From: a virus
Taxonomy: Duplodnaviria; Heunggongvirae; Uroviricota; Caudoviricetes
Length of the DNA: 32,704 bases
Direction: 5' to 3' (one strand)
Virus record (IMG/VR): IMGVR_UViG_2778261231_000009
Coordinates: 1 to 32,704 of that record
A program made the position numbers and the translations under genes. Below are positions 1 through 9,254 of the stretch, one piece after another. The notes under the pieces are model-generated. The model saw only the letters and a program-made list of their open reading frames with translations, was not told where the DNA came from and did not search any database. Each line of letters starts with the position of its first letter. The stretch's first letter is position 1.

Positions 1-555
1 AATATTACCGTCTATAGCTATGATGGTGAAACTCGGGAATATATTTCCACTTCAAATGAATATCTTGCCGTTGGTGTTGGTATCCCGGCATATTCCTGTC
101 TGGATGAACCTGGTATACATAAGGCTGGTTATGCAATCTGTCGTTCGGCAGATTTAAACTCATGGGAATATGTGCCAGACCATCGCGGTGAAGTTGTCTA
201 TAACACCGAAACGGGAGAATCAAAAGAAATCACAGCTCCGGGTGATTACCCTGAAAATACAACCACTATCGCCCCGTTAACGCCATACGATAAATGGGAT
301 GGTGAGAAATGGGTGACGGATACCGAGGCACAGCATAGCGCCGCAGTAGACGCAGCAGAAGCACAGCGCCAGTCGCTGATGGATACTGCAATGGCTTCCA
401 TTAGTCTGATTCAGTTGAAATTACAGGCCGGACGGAAGTTGACGCCGGCAGAAACAACCCGACTTAACGCCGTGCTGGATTACATTGATGCGGTGACGGC
501 AACAGATACCAGCACCGCGCCTGATGTCATCTGGCCTGAGCTGCCGGAGGCGTAG
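1..555 (+). CDS. Tail fibre assembly protein (lambda Tfa / Mu U'-like), 5'-truncated by window edge
   Basis: Plus-strand frame 1 is open from nt 1 with no ATG; translation (…VYSYDGETREYISTSNEYLAVGVGIPAYS…SWEYVPDHRGEVVYNTETGE…VTATDTSTAPDVIWPELPEA) resembles lambda Tfa over its length, including the C-terminal DTSTAPD-IEWP-type motif. Track ORF 172..555 is the GTG-started tail of the same frame. Confidence 0.7.
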   Translation, partial: NITVYSYDGETREYISTSNEYLAVGVGIPAYSCLDEPGIHKAGYAICRSADLNSWEYVPDHRGEVVYNTETGESKEITAPGDYPENTTTIAPLTPYDKWDGEKWVTDTEAQHSAAVDAAEAQRQSLMDTAMASISLIQLKLQAGRKLTPAETTRLNAVLDYIDAVTATDTSTAPDVIWPELPEA

Positions 556-979
556 GCCATTCAATATCTGGTGCACTGGAGGTATCAACCAGCTCCAGTG
601 CATCCAGATAATCCAGCCACAAATTATATTGCGCCAGTTCCTCACCTTTCAGACGACCAATAGCGGCTTTACCGGGCCATTGCTTACTGTTCATGTATTC
701 GTTGGCCTGGTTAATTAGTAGCTGTCTTTCTGATTCAGTAATTTCAATAAGCTCTTCATGCGTGGGTGGAGGAATATCTGCCCACGCAGGCAGCCCATCA
801 TCTCCGGCAATACGGATTTTTCCTTGTGGCGGTTCAGCCATAAACTCACTGATAATATTCTGATTTACTTCCTTAGCGTCTGATAAATCCCATCCCTCTG
901 ATTTATATTTATCAATCATATCCACAGGGAAAAAAGCATTATGCCTTGCGCTATAAACATATTCGTTCATATAAATCAC
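527..979 (-). CDS. Tail fibre assembly protein (Tfa / Mu U-like)
   Basis: 150 aa; N-terminal YVYSARHNAFFP and C-terminal LWLDYLDALELVDTSSAPDIEWPTPP are typical of Tfa chaperones. Convergent with, and overlapping by about 29 nt, the plus-strand Tfa-like gene. Confidence 0.8.
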   Translation of the reverse strand: MIYMNEYVYSARHNAFFPVDMIDKYKSEGWDLSDAKEVNQNIISEFMAEPPQGKIRIAGDDGLPAWADIPPPTHEELIEITESERQLLINQANEYMNSKQWPGKAAIGRLKGEELAQYNLWLDYLDALELVDTSSAPDIEWPTPPAAQAR

Positions 980-990
980 CCTGAATAAAA

Positions 991-1656
991 TTACTCACCA
1001 ACAGCCCACCAACTGTAATTCATCGATACCGTGTCGCTGGTTGATGACGTTCTGTAAGCAGAATTAAAACCGGTTAATGTTGGGCCTTCTGCGGTCATCA
1101 CGAATCCCCGCCCAGCACCTAAAGGCGCACCACCATCACCAGAATGAGTAAGCATGGCGCAGTCCACTTTTTTAGGAAAAGGGATGCTGAATGTAATTCT
1201 CATTGTTTGCGTCGATAATGTCGGCGTAACCGCACCACGACCATATTGCAGGATTTTCCCGTTGGGTAATTTCATCCATCCATCACCACTGGCAAAAGAG
1301 GCCATGTCCGGTATCTGATTTTCCCCTGTCCCTACATCCCGTTTTGCCGCTTCTCCCAAACCAAGATTTTCGAGAGCCGTTTTCACGGTGCCATCCGATT
1401 TGATATCGCCAAACGGATTTGAGCGACTCAGTAACAGCGCTTTTAGTGCTGTTAATAACTGGTTTTGTTTAGAAGGATCAACATTAATACCGGCAGCGTT
1501 CAGGACAGTAATAAGCTCCGACTGCGCATCTCTGACAGCCCCCTGCACGTTATTCAGATGCTCAGCATCAACAATGGTCCCCAGCTCACCTGTGAGCGGA
1601 TTACCATCATGGAAAAGATTATCCGGCGTCTGCACCGGTGGCATTAAGGGCCGCAT
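991..1656 (-). CDS. Tail fibre protein (Mu S-like position), short
   Basis: 221 aa immediately upstream of the Tfa gene and downstream of the gp48-like gene; Gly/Ser/Thr-rich C-terminal half as in fibre tips; start overlaps the upstream stop. Confidence 0.6.
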   Translation of the reverse strand: MRPLMPPVQTPDNLFHDGNPLTGELGTIVDAEHLNNVQGAVRDAQSELITVLNAAGINVDPSKQNQLLTALKALLLSRSNPFGDIKSDGTVKTALENLGLGEAAKRDVGTGENQIPDMASFASGDGWMKLPNGKILQYGRGAVTPTLSTQTMRITFSIPFPKKVDCAMLTHSGDGGAPLGAGRGFVMTAEGPTLTGFNSAYRTSSTSDTVSMNYSWWAVGE

Positions 1657-2228
1657 TATTCATTCTCCTGATATGCGAAGTAGCAAAATGTATGGGCTGG
1701 TTTGAGATCACGGAAGACGTCTTCAATAATCGGATCACCAAACGTTGTCAGGCGCTCACCTGCAGCTGAACTGCCTGAGCGAAAGCGATAGGATTGAGTT
1801 CCTGAGTTCTGAATATTGACGCGCCAGACCCAGATAATGTCTTCAACCCAGAGGCGATCACCGGCGCGGCCAACTCCCGCCCTGAAAGGTTGCGGTTCAT
1901 CAATTGTGATGATGTAGCCAAGGTTGCTTGCCAACTGAGTAAAGTACGGAATACTGAGACCACCGACTTCAGCCAGTTTAGCCAGTACACGCTGCTGGCG
2001 TTGCTGGTATGTCGCACCTTCAGCAGGAGTAAGGTCCAGGACGCGTTCCCAGTCATACAAAAGGCTGCGTGCATAAAATGGAGTAACTCCACCTTCAACA
2101 AGCCCTGCAGACGCATCGAGAGTCTCAAAAACACCTGATTCAGATCGCAATGATGCATCAAGCAGAGGCTGGCCCGGGCTGTACGAAACAAGTGGCAGCA
2201 GACGATTTAACAGCGTGAAGTAGCTCAT
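1656..2228 (-). CDS. Tail/baseplate protein, Mu gp48 (R)-like, DUF2313-type
   Basis: 190 aa; position after the baseplate J-like gene; overlapping stop/start (translational coupling). Confidence 0.7.
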   Translation of the reverse strand: MSYFTLLNRLLPLVSYSPGQPLLDASLRSESGVFETLDASAGLVEGGVTPFYARSLLYDWERVLDLTPAEGATYQQRQQRVLAKLAEVGGLSIPYFTQLASNLGYIITIDEPQPFRAGVGRAGDRLWVEDIIWVWRVNIQNSGTQSYRFRSGSSAAGERLTTFGDPIIEDVFRDLKPAHTFCYFAYQENE

Positions 2229-3292
2229 AGCAGCTCTACCTCAACGTTTCCTAATTTGAGCCATTCGACTTTCGTGGCATCGATTATCGGTTGAATATTT
2301 GCCGATGGTGTAACGATGTCATAGTCGGTAATACCCGGAATTAGAGAAATCAATGTCCCCGCCTGGCTGCGAATAAAAGCCACTCCAGGCTCTCGGCGCG
2401 AGTCATCGTCCTCCAGCGTTCCGGCGACAGCCTGTTTGGCTGCTGCGAGGGTGATGCCCTCCAGTGATACCTTCACGAGGACGTCAAATGTACGGATGAC
2501 AGGTATGAGCACCAGCGTGTTTTTTGCTGTAACAGGCCGGACATCGTCAATGTGAGCCTGCACCCTGTCGATCACATCCTGAGATGGCAGCCCACCTGCA
2601 GACGTGATCACAACATCAACGGTACCCGGCCCCCGCCGCAAAGGGTAAACATATGCGGCGGATACGCCTGATACCTCAAGCGCCCAGCGTTTGTAATCAT
2701 ATTTATTGCCGCCTGCAGGAGGTCGGCGGATGATTTCAAGCAGACGAGCAAGCAGCTCTGCATCCGTTTCCTCATCTGTTCCGCCAGTCATCAGGCCTAC
2801 TGTCACTGTGCTGTCAAACCCATCAGGTGTTGTGGTCAGTGTGGCCGATGTGACGGAAGTGGTGTTACCAGTGGTTCCGGCCAGAGAAGACACTGCGTTT
2901 ACCGATGATTTTCCATCTGACCCGACAATAATATCTTCGGTTGTTGTCCACGAAACACTGTCGCGTTTGAACACAAGACCGGCAGCGGCCACCGCTCCTG
3001 GTTCGCCGGTAAACGTGGCAGGCCCGGAGGCGCTGTTGGCTGCTTTTTTGCTTAAACCACGTAAACGGGCGTGCAGATAGAGGAATTCCGAATCAGCAGT
3101 ATCCGGAAAGATCTGACGGACTATCCATCCCTGATGCTGATAAAGCCCCTCGGCAACACTGGCTACACTCGATGCCCGGATGTACCAGTCGCTGTCCGGG
3201 CCCAGCGTATCATCTGACAACTGCAGGAGATTTTTGATATCCCGCAGAATGTCAGTGCGTATTTGCGCGGCATTTTTGGTAATGAATGGCAT
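2225..3292 (-). CDS. Baseplate J-like protein (Mu gp47 / W-like)
   Basis: 355 aa; size and synteny between the gp46-like and gp48-like genes; resembles baseplate J family proteins. Confidence 0.8.
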   Translation of the reverse strand: MPFITKNAAQIRTDILRDIKNLLQLSDDTLGPDSDWYIRASSVASVAEGLYQHQGWIVRQIFPDTADSEFLYLHARLRGLSKKAANSASGPATFTGEPGAVAAAGLVFKRDSVSWTTTEDIIVGSDGKSSVNAVSSLAGTTGNTTSVTSATLTTTPDGFDSTVTVGLMTGGTDEETDAELLARLLEIIRRPPAGGNKYDYKRWALEVSGVSAAYVYPLRRGPGTVDVVITSAGGLPSQDVIDRVQAHIDDVRPVTAKNTLVLIPVIRTFDVLVKVSLEGITLAAAKQAVAGTLEDDDSRREPGVAFIRSQAGTLISLIPGITDYDIVTPSANIQPIIDATKVEWLKLGNVEVELL

Positions 3293-3642
3293 CAGCTGAC
3301 CTTAACCGGATATTTCCAGGTCTGCGGCGTTCCGCTCGCAGACGTGACGGTGATATGAAGCAGCATCCAGCCTTTTTGCCAGTGCTCTGCAGTAACGGAA
3401 ATGGACTGGGCGCGACCGTCGTCAATAATCGGTTGCAGGGCCTGCCGCGAATACTGCACCGCGAGTTGTTGAACGCGAGACACATCCTTTTCGCGGCGGA
3501 GTGTATGCAAAAGAGAGCCCAGAGTTGGATCAGCCCACCATGAGCCAAGGGGCGTCATCAGCCGTAAGTAGACGGCATTCGCTAAAGAGTCTGAGCTGTC
3601 GCCGGTATAATCGCCGGTCGTTGGATCAATCAACATTTCCAT
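3292..3642 (-). CDS. Baseplate wedge protein, GPW/gp25-like (Mu gp46 / V-like)
   Basis: 116 aa; synteny; start codon lies inside an 8-bp inverted repeat and is preceded by the conserved late motif. Confidence 0.75.
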   Translation of the reverse strand: MEMLIDPTTGDYTGDSSDSLANAVYLRLMTPLGSWWADPTLGSLLHTLRREKDVSRVQQLAVQYSRQALQPIIDDGRAQSISVTAEHWQKGWMLLHITVTSASGTPQTWKYPVKVS

Positions 3643-3663
3643 GCCGTAATACTACCGGCATGG
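3639..3663 (-). promoter_or_regulatory. Inverted repeat CCATGCCG-N9-CGGCATGG containing the V start codon; the spacer contains TAGTAT
   Basis: Seen directly on the plus strand (ccatgccgtaatactaccggcatgg). Confidence 0.5.
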
Positions 3664-3678
3664 AAATTTAAATTATCG

Positions 3679-3700
3679 GTGAAGGGGTTCAGTGGGTATT
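3679..3700 (-). promoter_or_regulatory. Conserved late motif, copy 1 (upstream of baseplate gene V): ATACCCACTGAACCCCTTCACC on the coding strand
   Basis: Same core as the other two copies; 24 nt to TAGTAT, then 6 nt to ATG; sits in the 89-bp Q-V intergenic gap. Confidence 0.6.
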
Positions 3701-3731
3701 GCTTTTGAAGGAGAACTTACGTTACCACAAA

Positions 3732-4337
3732 TTACATTTGCTGATTAGGTTTCTGCGTTGTGCCTGCATCACCGCCGTGGTCGTGGTCGTGACCGTCATA
3801 AGTCTCACGCATGGTGTTCAGCGTAGACTTGCCGTCAGCGACTTCATTACTGCCTTTCAGCAATGGTGTATCAAAATCTGCCCGCTCTGAGGCTGTGGTT
3901 TTATACGTTTTGGTATTAACAATATGTTGTTCGGTATTCACCGTGTGCTTTTTAGTATTAACGATATATTCATCGCAGTTTACTTCAATTATTTTTCCGC
4001 GCTTCAGAATAATGTTGCTTCCTTCATCCGAATAAATGGCAAGCTCACCACTTTTCAGGCTCTTTAGCCTGTATGCAGCGTGTTCCGTGGCAATCACCAC
4101 GCTATGACTGGTGCGCCCGTTAAGCGGGAGCACAATGGCTTTAGTCCCCCTGGGCGGGTTGGATGTAAAACCGTACTGCTGAAACATCTCCACATCCTGC
4201 AAAGACTCAGTGGCCAGACCTTTACCCTGAATGGTCTGAATATCACCACCGCTGTTAACCCTTATTAAAACGCCCCTGAAGGCCTTTCTTATACGGTTTA
4301 ACGCCGTGTTAATACGAGAGTCAATTTTGTTCCACAT
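3732..4337 (-). CDS. Baseplate spike / assembly protein V-like (Mu gp45 / Q-like) with His-rich C-terminus
   Basis: 201 aa; C-terminal HDHDHGGD resembles metal-binding spike apexes; internal tandem VNT-type peptide repeats. Confidence 0.75.
   Translation of the reverse strand: MWNKIDSRINTALNRIRKAFRGVLIRVNSGGDIQTIQGKGLATESLQDVEMFQQYGFTSNPPRGTKAIVLPLNGRTSHSVVIATEHAAYRLKSLKSGELAIYSDEGSNIILKRGKIIEVNCDEYIVNTKKHTVNTEQHIVNTKTYKTTASERADFDTPLLKGSNEVADGKSTLNTMRETYDGHDHDHGGDAGTTQKPNQQM
3912..3975 (-). repeat. Three imperfect tandem ~21-bp repeats inside the spike gene, encoding IVNTKKH/TVNTEQH/IVNTKTY
   Basis: Seen directly: ggtattaacaatatgttgttc / ggtattcaccgtgtgcttttta / gtattaacgatatattcatc on the plus strand; coordinates approximate. 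Confidence 0.5.
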
Positions 4338-5538
4338 CGATAATCTCCAGCTCTTTATTTACTTTGGCGCGACGCTTACGTGATTTGCGTTTTTTCGGAT
4401 AAGCATCCGGTATCCATATTCCATCCTCTTTGAGCCGCAGGGTGGTAATGGTGTTGTCTGGACGACCACCTGAAAACTCTCTTCCCATGAGGAAGTAAAT
4501 GTCATCAATGCCATGTGGCTCGCTTCGGACACGAATACGCTGGCCCGGTTGCCATAACTGACCGTTCTCCATGCGATGGCCTTTAACAATTACTGTCAGA
4601 TCAAACCCGTTCAGACGGGCGTCAGCCATGGCCTTTCTCGCGCGATAATCAACCTGCGCCTGATTATCAGCATCACCAGCAACCATAATCTGCGGACGAT
4701 AGAAAGGTACGGTACTGTCGCGAACGGTACTACGTAAGCCATGAAAGCCATTCTCTGCAGAGCCGGTGCTGTCATAAATTGCGTCGGCATCATCATCGTC
4801 TTCAGCCTCAGCGCTCTGATCATCAACGTCAATAACTTCCAGTCTTCCTGACTTTTTCCCCTGGCCGTGTCCCTGTGCCAGCATTGTCAGTTCAGAGAAC
4901 GCACCGGTAATGGATGACCGGTCACTGAGATCGAGGACATTATTTCCCCGACCGTCACGATTCAGAACAAGCGTGGCTACAGGGTCTTTTGTGTAATCCG
5001 GCCCTCCAATTACCAGCGTGCCATCTGGCTCAAACCATGGCCATAACCCGCGTGCAGCAGCTGCACGCTCAAGGGTATCCCACGCACGTTCTCCGGGCTC
5101 CACGCTGACCTTGTCATTACGCAGGGATGACTCAGCCTCGATGCGGATGTTCGTTATCCCCAGCGGTCTGACAACCTGGGCGATCACCTCTTCAAGACTG
5201 AGCTGGCGGGAGGTAAAAACGGGTGAAGCGCAGTCAACAAGCACGGCTGCACCATCGCGACCGGAAAGAGATAAAGAAACCTGCTGACGGGATACCCGGC
5301 GCTGAACCACATCCACCCGACCGGACATGACAACATCATTACCCACCCTGACCAGCACCGGCACACCACGTTTAATGGCCGGAGGGAAAATACCATCAGG
5401 CAGCCCAAGCGTTACGCTCCATGCATCGGAGGGGATCAGAAAATCGGAGTCAATCTGATAGCGGCTCCATGCACTATGGATTTTGCCATCAATAACCAGG
5501 CTCACTGTATTCTGCGAATCTTTATCTTGAGTAGGCAT
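4321..5538 (-). CDS. Baseplate hub protein, Mu P (gp44)-like
   Basis: 405 aa; synteny downstream of the N-like gene; start overlaps the upstream gene end. Confidence 0.8.
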   Translation of the reverse strand: MPTQDKDSQNTVSLVIDGKIHSAWSRYQIDSDFLIPSDAWSVTLGLPDGIFPPAIKRGVPVLVRVGNDVVMSGRVDVVQRRVSRQQVSLSLSGRDGAAVLVDCASPVFTSRQLSLEEVIAQVVRPLGITNIRIEAESSLRNDKVSVEPGERAWDTLERAAAARGLWPWFEPDGTLVIGGPDYTKDPVATLVLNRDGRGNNVLDLSDRSSITGAFSELTMLAQGHGQGKKSGRLEVIDVDDQSAEAEDDDDADAIYDSTGSAENGFHGLRSTVRDSTVPFYRPQIMVAGDADNQAQVDYRARKAMADARLNGFDLTVIVKGHRMENGQLWQPGQRIRVRSEPHGIDDIYFLMGREFSGGRPDNTITTLRLKEDGIWIPDAYPKKRKSRKRRAKVNKELEIIDVEQN

Positions 5539-6853
5539 TCAGAACGTCACCGGCTTTGATATTGTTAGGATTACGTAGTGTCGGATTGAGACGCAGCAAC
5601 TCGGCGGCGCGCGTGTAGTCCTCATACCACAGGTGGGCCAGCAAATGCAGGTTTGTGTCGGACAATACCACTCGCGTAGTCAGTGGTGGTCTGCTGGTAA
5701 TAACCGCTGAGCCCAGCTCCTGAACGGTCAGGGCGATATCCTTGAGACCTTCAACCACGGGTTGCCAGGTCACGCCACCAGGTGTTTCACCGGCACTCAG
5801 GTTTTGCGTATCAGCAGCAAAGGTGTCCCGCGTCTGGTCGATTGCCTCCTGAATGGCCGTCCTGGTGTCGTTGGTGATCTGCTCAATATCAACGGGAGAC
5901 AGAATATCGCTGATGCTGCTGTCACTGAGTATGTCGGAAGCATCAAGTGCCAGCTGGATTGCAACCTGAGTTTTTACCGCCGTTACCAGCTCGGTAATAT
6001 CCGAGGTTGATGAGCCTGCCGGAACGGCAACAGCAACCGTTTTTTTCCCGGTCACTATCTGCTGAGGTAATGCGGCCACATCCTGCAGATTGTTACGGCC
6101 ATTCTTCCAGTCGGCCATCACGATGCCTGCTGTGCCGGAAACGTCTGAGGACTGTGAATAGCTTCCTGGATTATTACTGACACTTGATTTGGACTGAAAC
6201 GACGTCAGACTCAGCGCACTCTGCAGGTCATTCATGAACGATTTTGGGTAATTAACAAAATCCGAGGTGGTACTGACAAATCCCGTCAGTTCCCCCTTAA
6301 GCACGGTCACCATATTCAGCGTCGTGGTTGCCAGCGATTTCGCTTTTTTCATCCACTTTTTCGCTGTACGCAGAGGCGAGAGAATATTGTCGATGGCCGT
6401 CTGGGCTTTCTCCAGAGCGGATTGCGCCTGGTTGAAAACGATATCAGCTTTCGACAGCGGGAAATCGCTGCCAAAGAAAGGCAGATTAAGTCCCCCCTGG
6501 ATAAAGACCACTTCGACAACGCAGTAATCAACGTTCTCCGCTTCATGCGATGCCTGATACTCAATGCACTGCATGCCCGTCATGGAGCCGAAAACGGGAT
6601 GAATTAATTCTGCGCTACCGCGAGTATCCAGTGCGGCCAGAAACGCCTGCAGCCGCACATCATAATCATCACCCCAGAAAAGGACTGTCATCCGCAGGTT
6701 ACGAGGCTTGCGGCCAAGATCATCAACATCACCACCGTCGACATAGGGATACTCATACGTCGCAATGTCGCGACTGGCGCTGTCACGGGTATTAACCACA
6801 TCAAAGCGGACGCCCCTGAATGAGGCATCCTGTAATGAATCTTCCCAGCTCAC
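5522..6853 (-). CDS. DNA circularisation protein N (Mu gp43)-like, with LysM-like C-terminus
   Basis: 443 aa directly after the tape measure; C-terminal …YEDYTRAAELLRLNPTLRNPNNIKAGDVLNAY looks LysM-like. Confidence 0.8.
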   Translation of the reverse strand: MSWEDSLQDASFRGVRFDVVNTRDSASRDIATYEYPYVDGGDVDDLGRKPRNLRMTVLFWGDDYDVRLQAFLAALDTRGSAELIHPVFGSMTGMQCIEYQASHEAENVDYCVVEVVFIQGGLNLPFFGSDFPLSKADIVFNQAQSALEKAQTAIDNILSPLRTAKKWMKKAKSLATTTLNMVTVLKGELTGFVSTTSDFVNYPKSFMNDLQSALSLTSFQSKSSVSNNPGSYSQSSDVSGTAGIVMADWKNGRNNLQDVAALPQQIVTGKKTVAVAVPAGSSTSDITELVTAVKTQVAIQLALDASDILSDSSISDILSPVDIEQITNDTRTAIQEAIDQTRDTFAADTQNLSAGETPGGVTWQPVVEGLKDIALTVQELGSAVITSRPPLTTRVVLSDTNLHLLAHLWYEDYTRAAELLRLNPTLRNPNNIKAGDVLNAYSR

Positions 6854-9018
6854 TGCGGGCCTCCTGTTGAGCCGCGAACGGATTGTTCGCCGTTGTATTC
6901 ATTAACAGCTGATGCAATTTCACGTCCGTCTAATACCAGCTTTGTGGTGAGGTTAATTGGTTGTGATTTTTGTTGCTGCTGGGGCAGCAGATAAGACGAT
7001 ACGCCTGTGGTTGCTGGTGTGTTTTGACCCATAGTGGCCGGTGAACTCCACCATGATTTGATCTCATCCACGGCATCCAGCAATCCGGGGCGGGCTTTTA
7101 CTGCATCCAGCATGCGTGCTGACTCACTGGAATAATTGTCGACCTTGAGTCTCGCACGCGCATCAGCATCGCCTCGCTCAACATGAACGAGCGGCGCATC
7201 CTGCATGCCCTGGTAGAGTGCCAGCGGAGCAGCAACGCGCCCCAGAACTTTACCTGCACCACCCCGGATAGCGGACCAGGTGCGCCCCAGAGCAGTACCG
7301 CCAGCAGACGGAACTCCCCCTGCAGGAGAACCAGGCATTTTTATTCCGCCCCCCGTCAGGAAATTGAGCCCGGCAAAAGCTACAGCCGCTGCTGTCATGG
7401 CTTTAATGCCAGTGGTGGCACCTGCAATCGCAGTGGTTAGCCCCGGATACTCACCAGCATATTTGGTTAATTTTTCTGAAATGTCACCCAGTGCATCAGA
7501 TAAAGGGGCAATGGAATCCATTGCAGCAAAGTCCTGTTCGTTTTTTAACTGCCCAGTTTTATATCCCGGCTGTTCTGACATTAAAGCAAAGTTGATGTTA
7601 CCGGCAGTATTACCAACTGGTAAATTACGTTGTGAATTCGCCCCTGAAATTACGTCTTGGGTGTATTTTTTATTCCCTCTATACCCTAATAGAGCTAATA
7701 GCGCCTGCTGGTCAGCAATAATTTTACCTATACCAGAACCTTCAAGAATCCTTGCTTGCGAACTAATTATATTTTTACGTTCACTTTCCGGTGCTGTTTT
7801 GAGTTTATCTTCAAGTTTTTTATATGCTGGATTTGAAGCCACAATTTTATCAACAATCGTGTTAAAAGCTTCTAGAGGATTTATACCGTTACCAACAGCT
7901 TTTGCAAGACTTCCAGAGAGGTCAATTCCTTTACCGCTGGGTAGTTTAATCCGTGCTGCAGCGTTAGCAGCATCCTGACTATTCAGCTTTAGCAATAAAT
8001 TATTAAGGTTATTACCGGCCTCGTCCGGTGAACCTGATGTAATAGCTGACGCCTGGTTCCAGCCAAGCAAGACGGCAAAATCATCAAGACCTTTCATACC
8101 GACATTGCCAGCACTGGCAAGCTGCTTAGGAAGCCACTTAGCCATATCTTTCAATTCAAAAGAGCCACTTTGCCCAGCGCTAATTGCCATATTAAGTGCA
8201 GACTCAAGCTCACCGTCTTTTATGCCAAACGATTGTTTTAATTTTATGGCAATATTTGCCAAATCTTCTGGAGCTGCGCCAGTGGCTGTGGAATATTTTT
8301 GAATTAAAGGTAGCATCACCTTTGCTGACGGCATATCAACAGCCCCTGAAGCCAGCATTGTATCAAGGGTATCAGCTGCTGATTCTTTTGTTCCGCCGCC
8401 AGCACGAACAGCCTGGCGAACCATCGAATCCATCTCCACCATTCCTTTTCTGCGACCTTGCAGCCCTTCATCGGCATAAGCAGTATTGGCCATCATTGCA
8501 AGTCGCTGGCGATAGTCCATCTGTTTAGATACTGGTGTTGATAATACGGCCCCTGCAGCAGCAATCCCGCCAGCAACTGCAGCAACGCTGGAACCAGCAG
8601 CACGAAAGCGCTGCATGCGCGTCATTGAGTCATTCACGCCACCAAGTTCAGTCCGCAGCGTTTTGACCCTGTCAGTCATGGCCCTGAAAGCCCGATTCTG
8701 CTCATTCGCGGACAGCATGCCTGTGCGGGTAAGGCGGTTGTAGGCCGCCATGGTCTGCTGTATTTCACGCTGAATATCGCGCTCAGAACGAATACCAAGG
8801 GTAGATCGCGCCGAGCTGGCGCGACGGTATTCCTCAATCAGAGAACGGGAGGCACGAATCGCTGTGGTTGAGTTCTGCTGGCGGGATTTCGCCAGCTCGT
8901 CATCGGTCTTTTGCGCCGCTTTGGTATCACGGCTGATGCCCTGCAGTGCCTGCTTAAGCACTTTAGAGCCGGTATCACGGGCAAGCAGCTGCAGCGCCAG
9001 TTGTAAGTTACGCGCCAT
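6850..9018 (-). CDS. Tail tape measure protein
   Basis: 722 aa, Ala/Gly-rich with coiled-coil character, immediately downstream of the frameshifted chaperone; contains an AT-rich central segment. Confidence 0.85.
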   Translation of the reverse strand: MARNLQLALQLLARDTGSKVLKQALQGISRDTKAAQKTDDELAKSRQQNSTTAIRASRSLIEEYRRASSARSTLGIRSERDIQREIQQTMAAYNRLTRTGMLSANEQNRAFRAMTDRVKTLRTELGGVNDSMTRMQRFRAAGSSVAAVAGGIAAAGAVLSTPVSKQMDYRQRLAMMANTAYADEGLQGRRKGMVEMDSMVRQAVRAGGGTKESAADTLDTMLASGAVDMPSAKVMLPLIQKYSTATGAAPEDLANIAIKLKQSFGIKDGELESALNMAISAGQSGSFELKDMAKWLPKQLASAGNVGMKGLDDFAVLLGWNQASAITSGSPDEAGNNLNNLLLKLNSQDAANAAARIKLPSGKGIDLSGSLAKAVGNGINPLEAFNTIVDKIVASNPAYKKLEDKLKTAPESERKNIISSQARILEGSGIGKIIADQQALLALLGYRGNKKYTQDVISGANSQRNLPVGNTAGNINFALMSEQPGYKTGQLKNEQDFAAMDSIAPLSDALGDISEKLTKYAGEYPGLTTAIAGATTGIKAMTAAAVAFAGLNFLTGGGIKMPGSPAGGVPSAGGTALGRTWSAIRGGAGKVLGRVAAPLALYQGMQDAPLVHVERGDADARARLKVDNYSSESARMLDAVKARPGLLDAVDEIKSWWSSPATMGQNTPATTGVSSYLLPQQQQKSQPINLTTKLVLDGREIASAVNEYNGEQSVRGSTGGPQ

Positions 9019-9021
9019 GGA

Positions 9022-9254
9022 TTATCTCCGTTTGCCGACTTTCTTCCGGCGTTGCGATTTGACAGTGCGGGTTGTACGGGTGGTGGTTTGCCCGGTTTTC
9101 TTTCCATGTAACCGGGCAAGCGCTTCGGTGTAGCCGTCGAGTTCCGTTCGGGTCATGCTTCCTATTTGTTGTTCACTGATCCCGTATCGCCCGAGGGCAA
9201 GGACGAGGGTTCGGTACCCGGTGAGCTTTTGTTCAAATCCATCCGCTTTTTTTT
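9022..9254 (-). CDS. -1 frameshift extension of the tail assembly chaperone (G-T-like fusion product)
   Basis: From the slippery site the -1 frame stays open for about 74 codons (…ADGFEQKLTGYRTLVLALGRYGISEQQIGSMTRTELDGYTEALARLHGKKTGQTTTRTTRTVKSQRRKKVGKRR) and stops at TAA (plus 9022-9024) 3 nt before the tape-measure ATG. Hand-translated. Confidence 0.55.

Noticed and set aside
5-223. Minus-strand ORF of 72 aa at the window start
   Set aside because: Antisense to the open plus-strand frame that encodes a Tfa-like protein across this region; likely a shadow ORF.
1455-1480. Possible invertase crossover site (gix/hix-like AAACC…GGTTT) inside the tail fibre gene
   Set aside because: Only a weak resemblance to the remembered gix/hix consensus, and the partner inverted repeat would lie outside the window, so it cannot be confirmed.
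8838-9119. 93-aa minus-strand ORF between chaperone and tape measure as the frameshift product
   Set aside because: It is in the same frame as the chaperone, downstream of its stop, so it cannot be reached by a -1 slip; the real extension is the other frame, which ends just before the tape-measure ATG.
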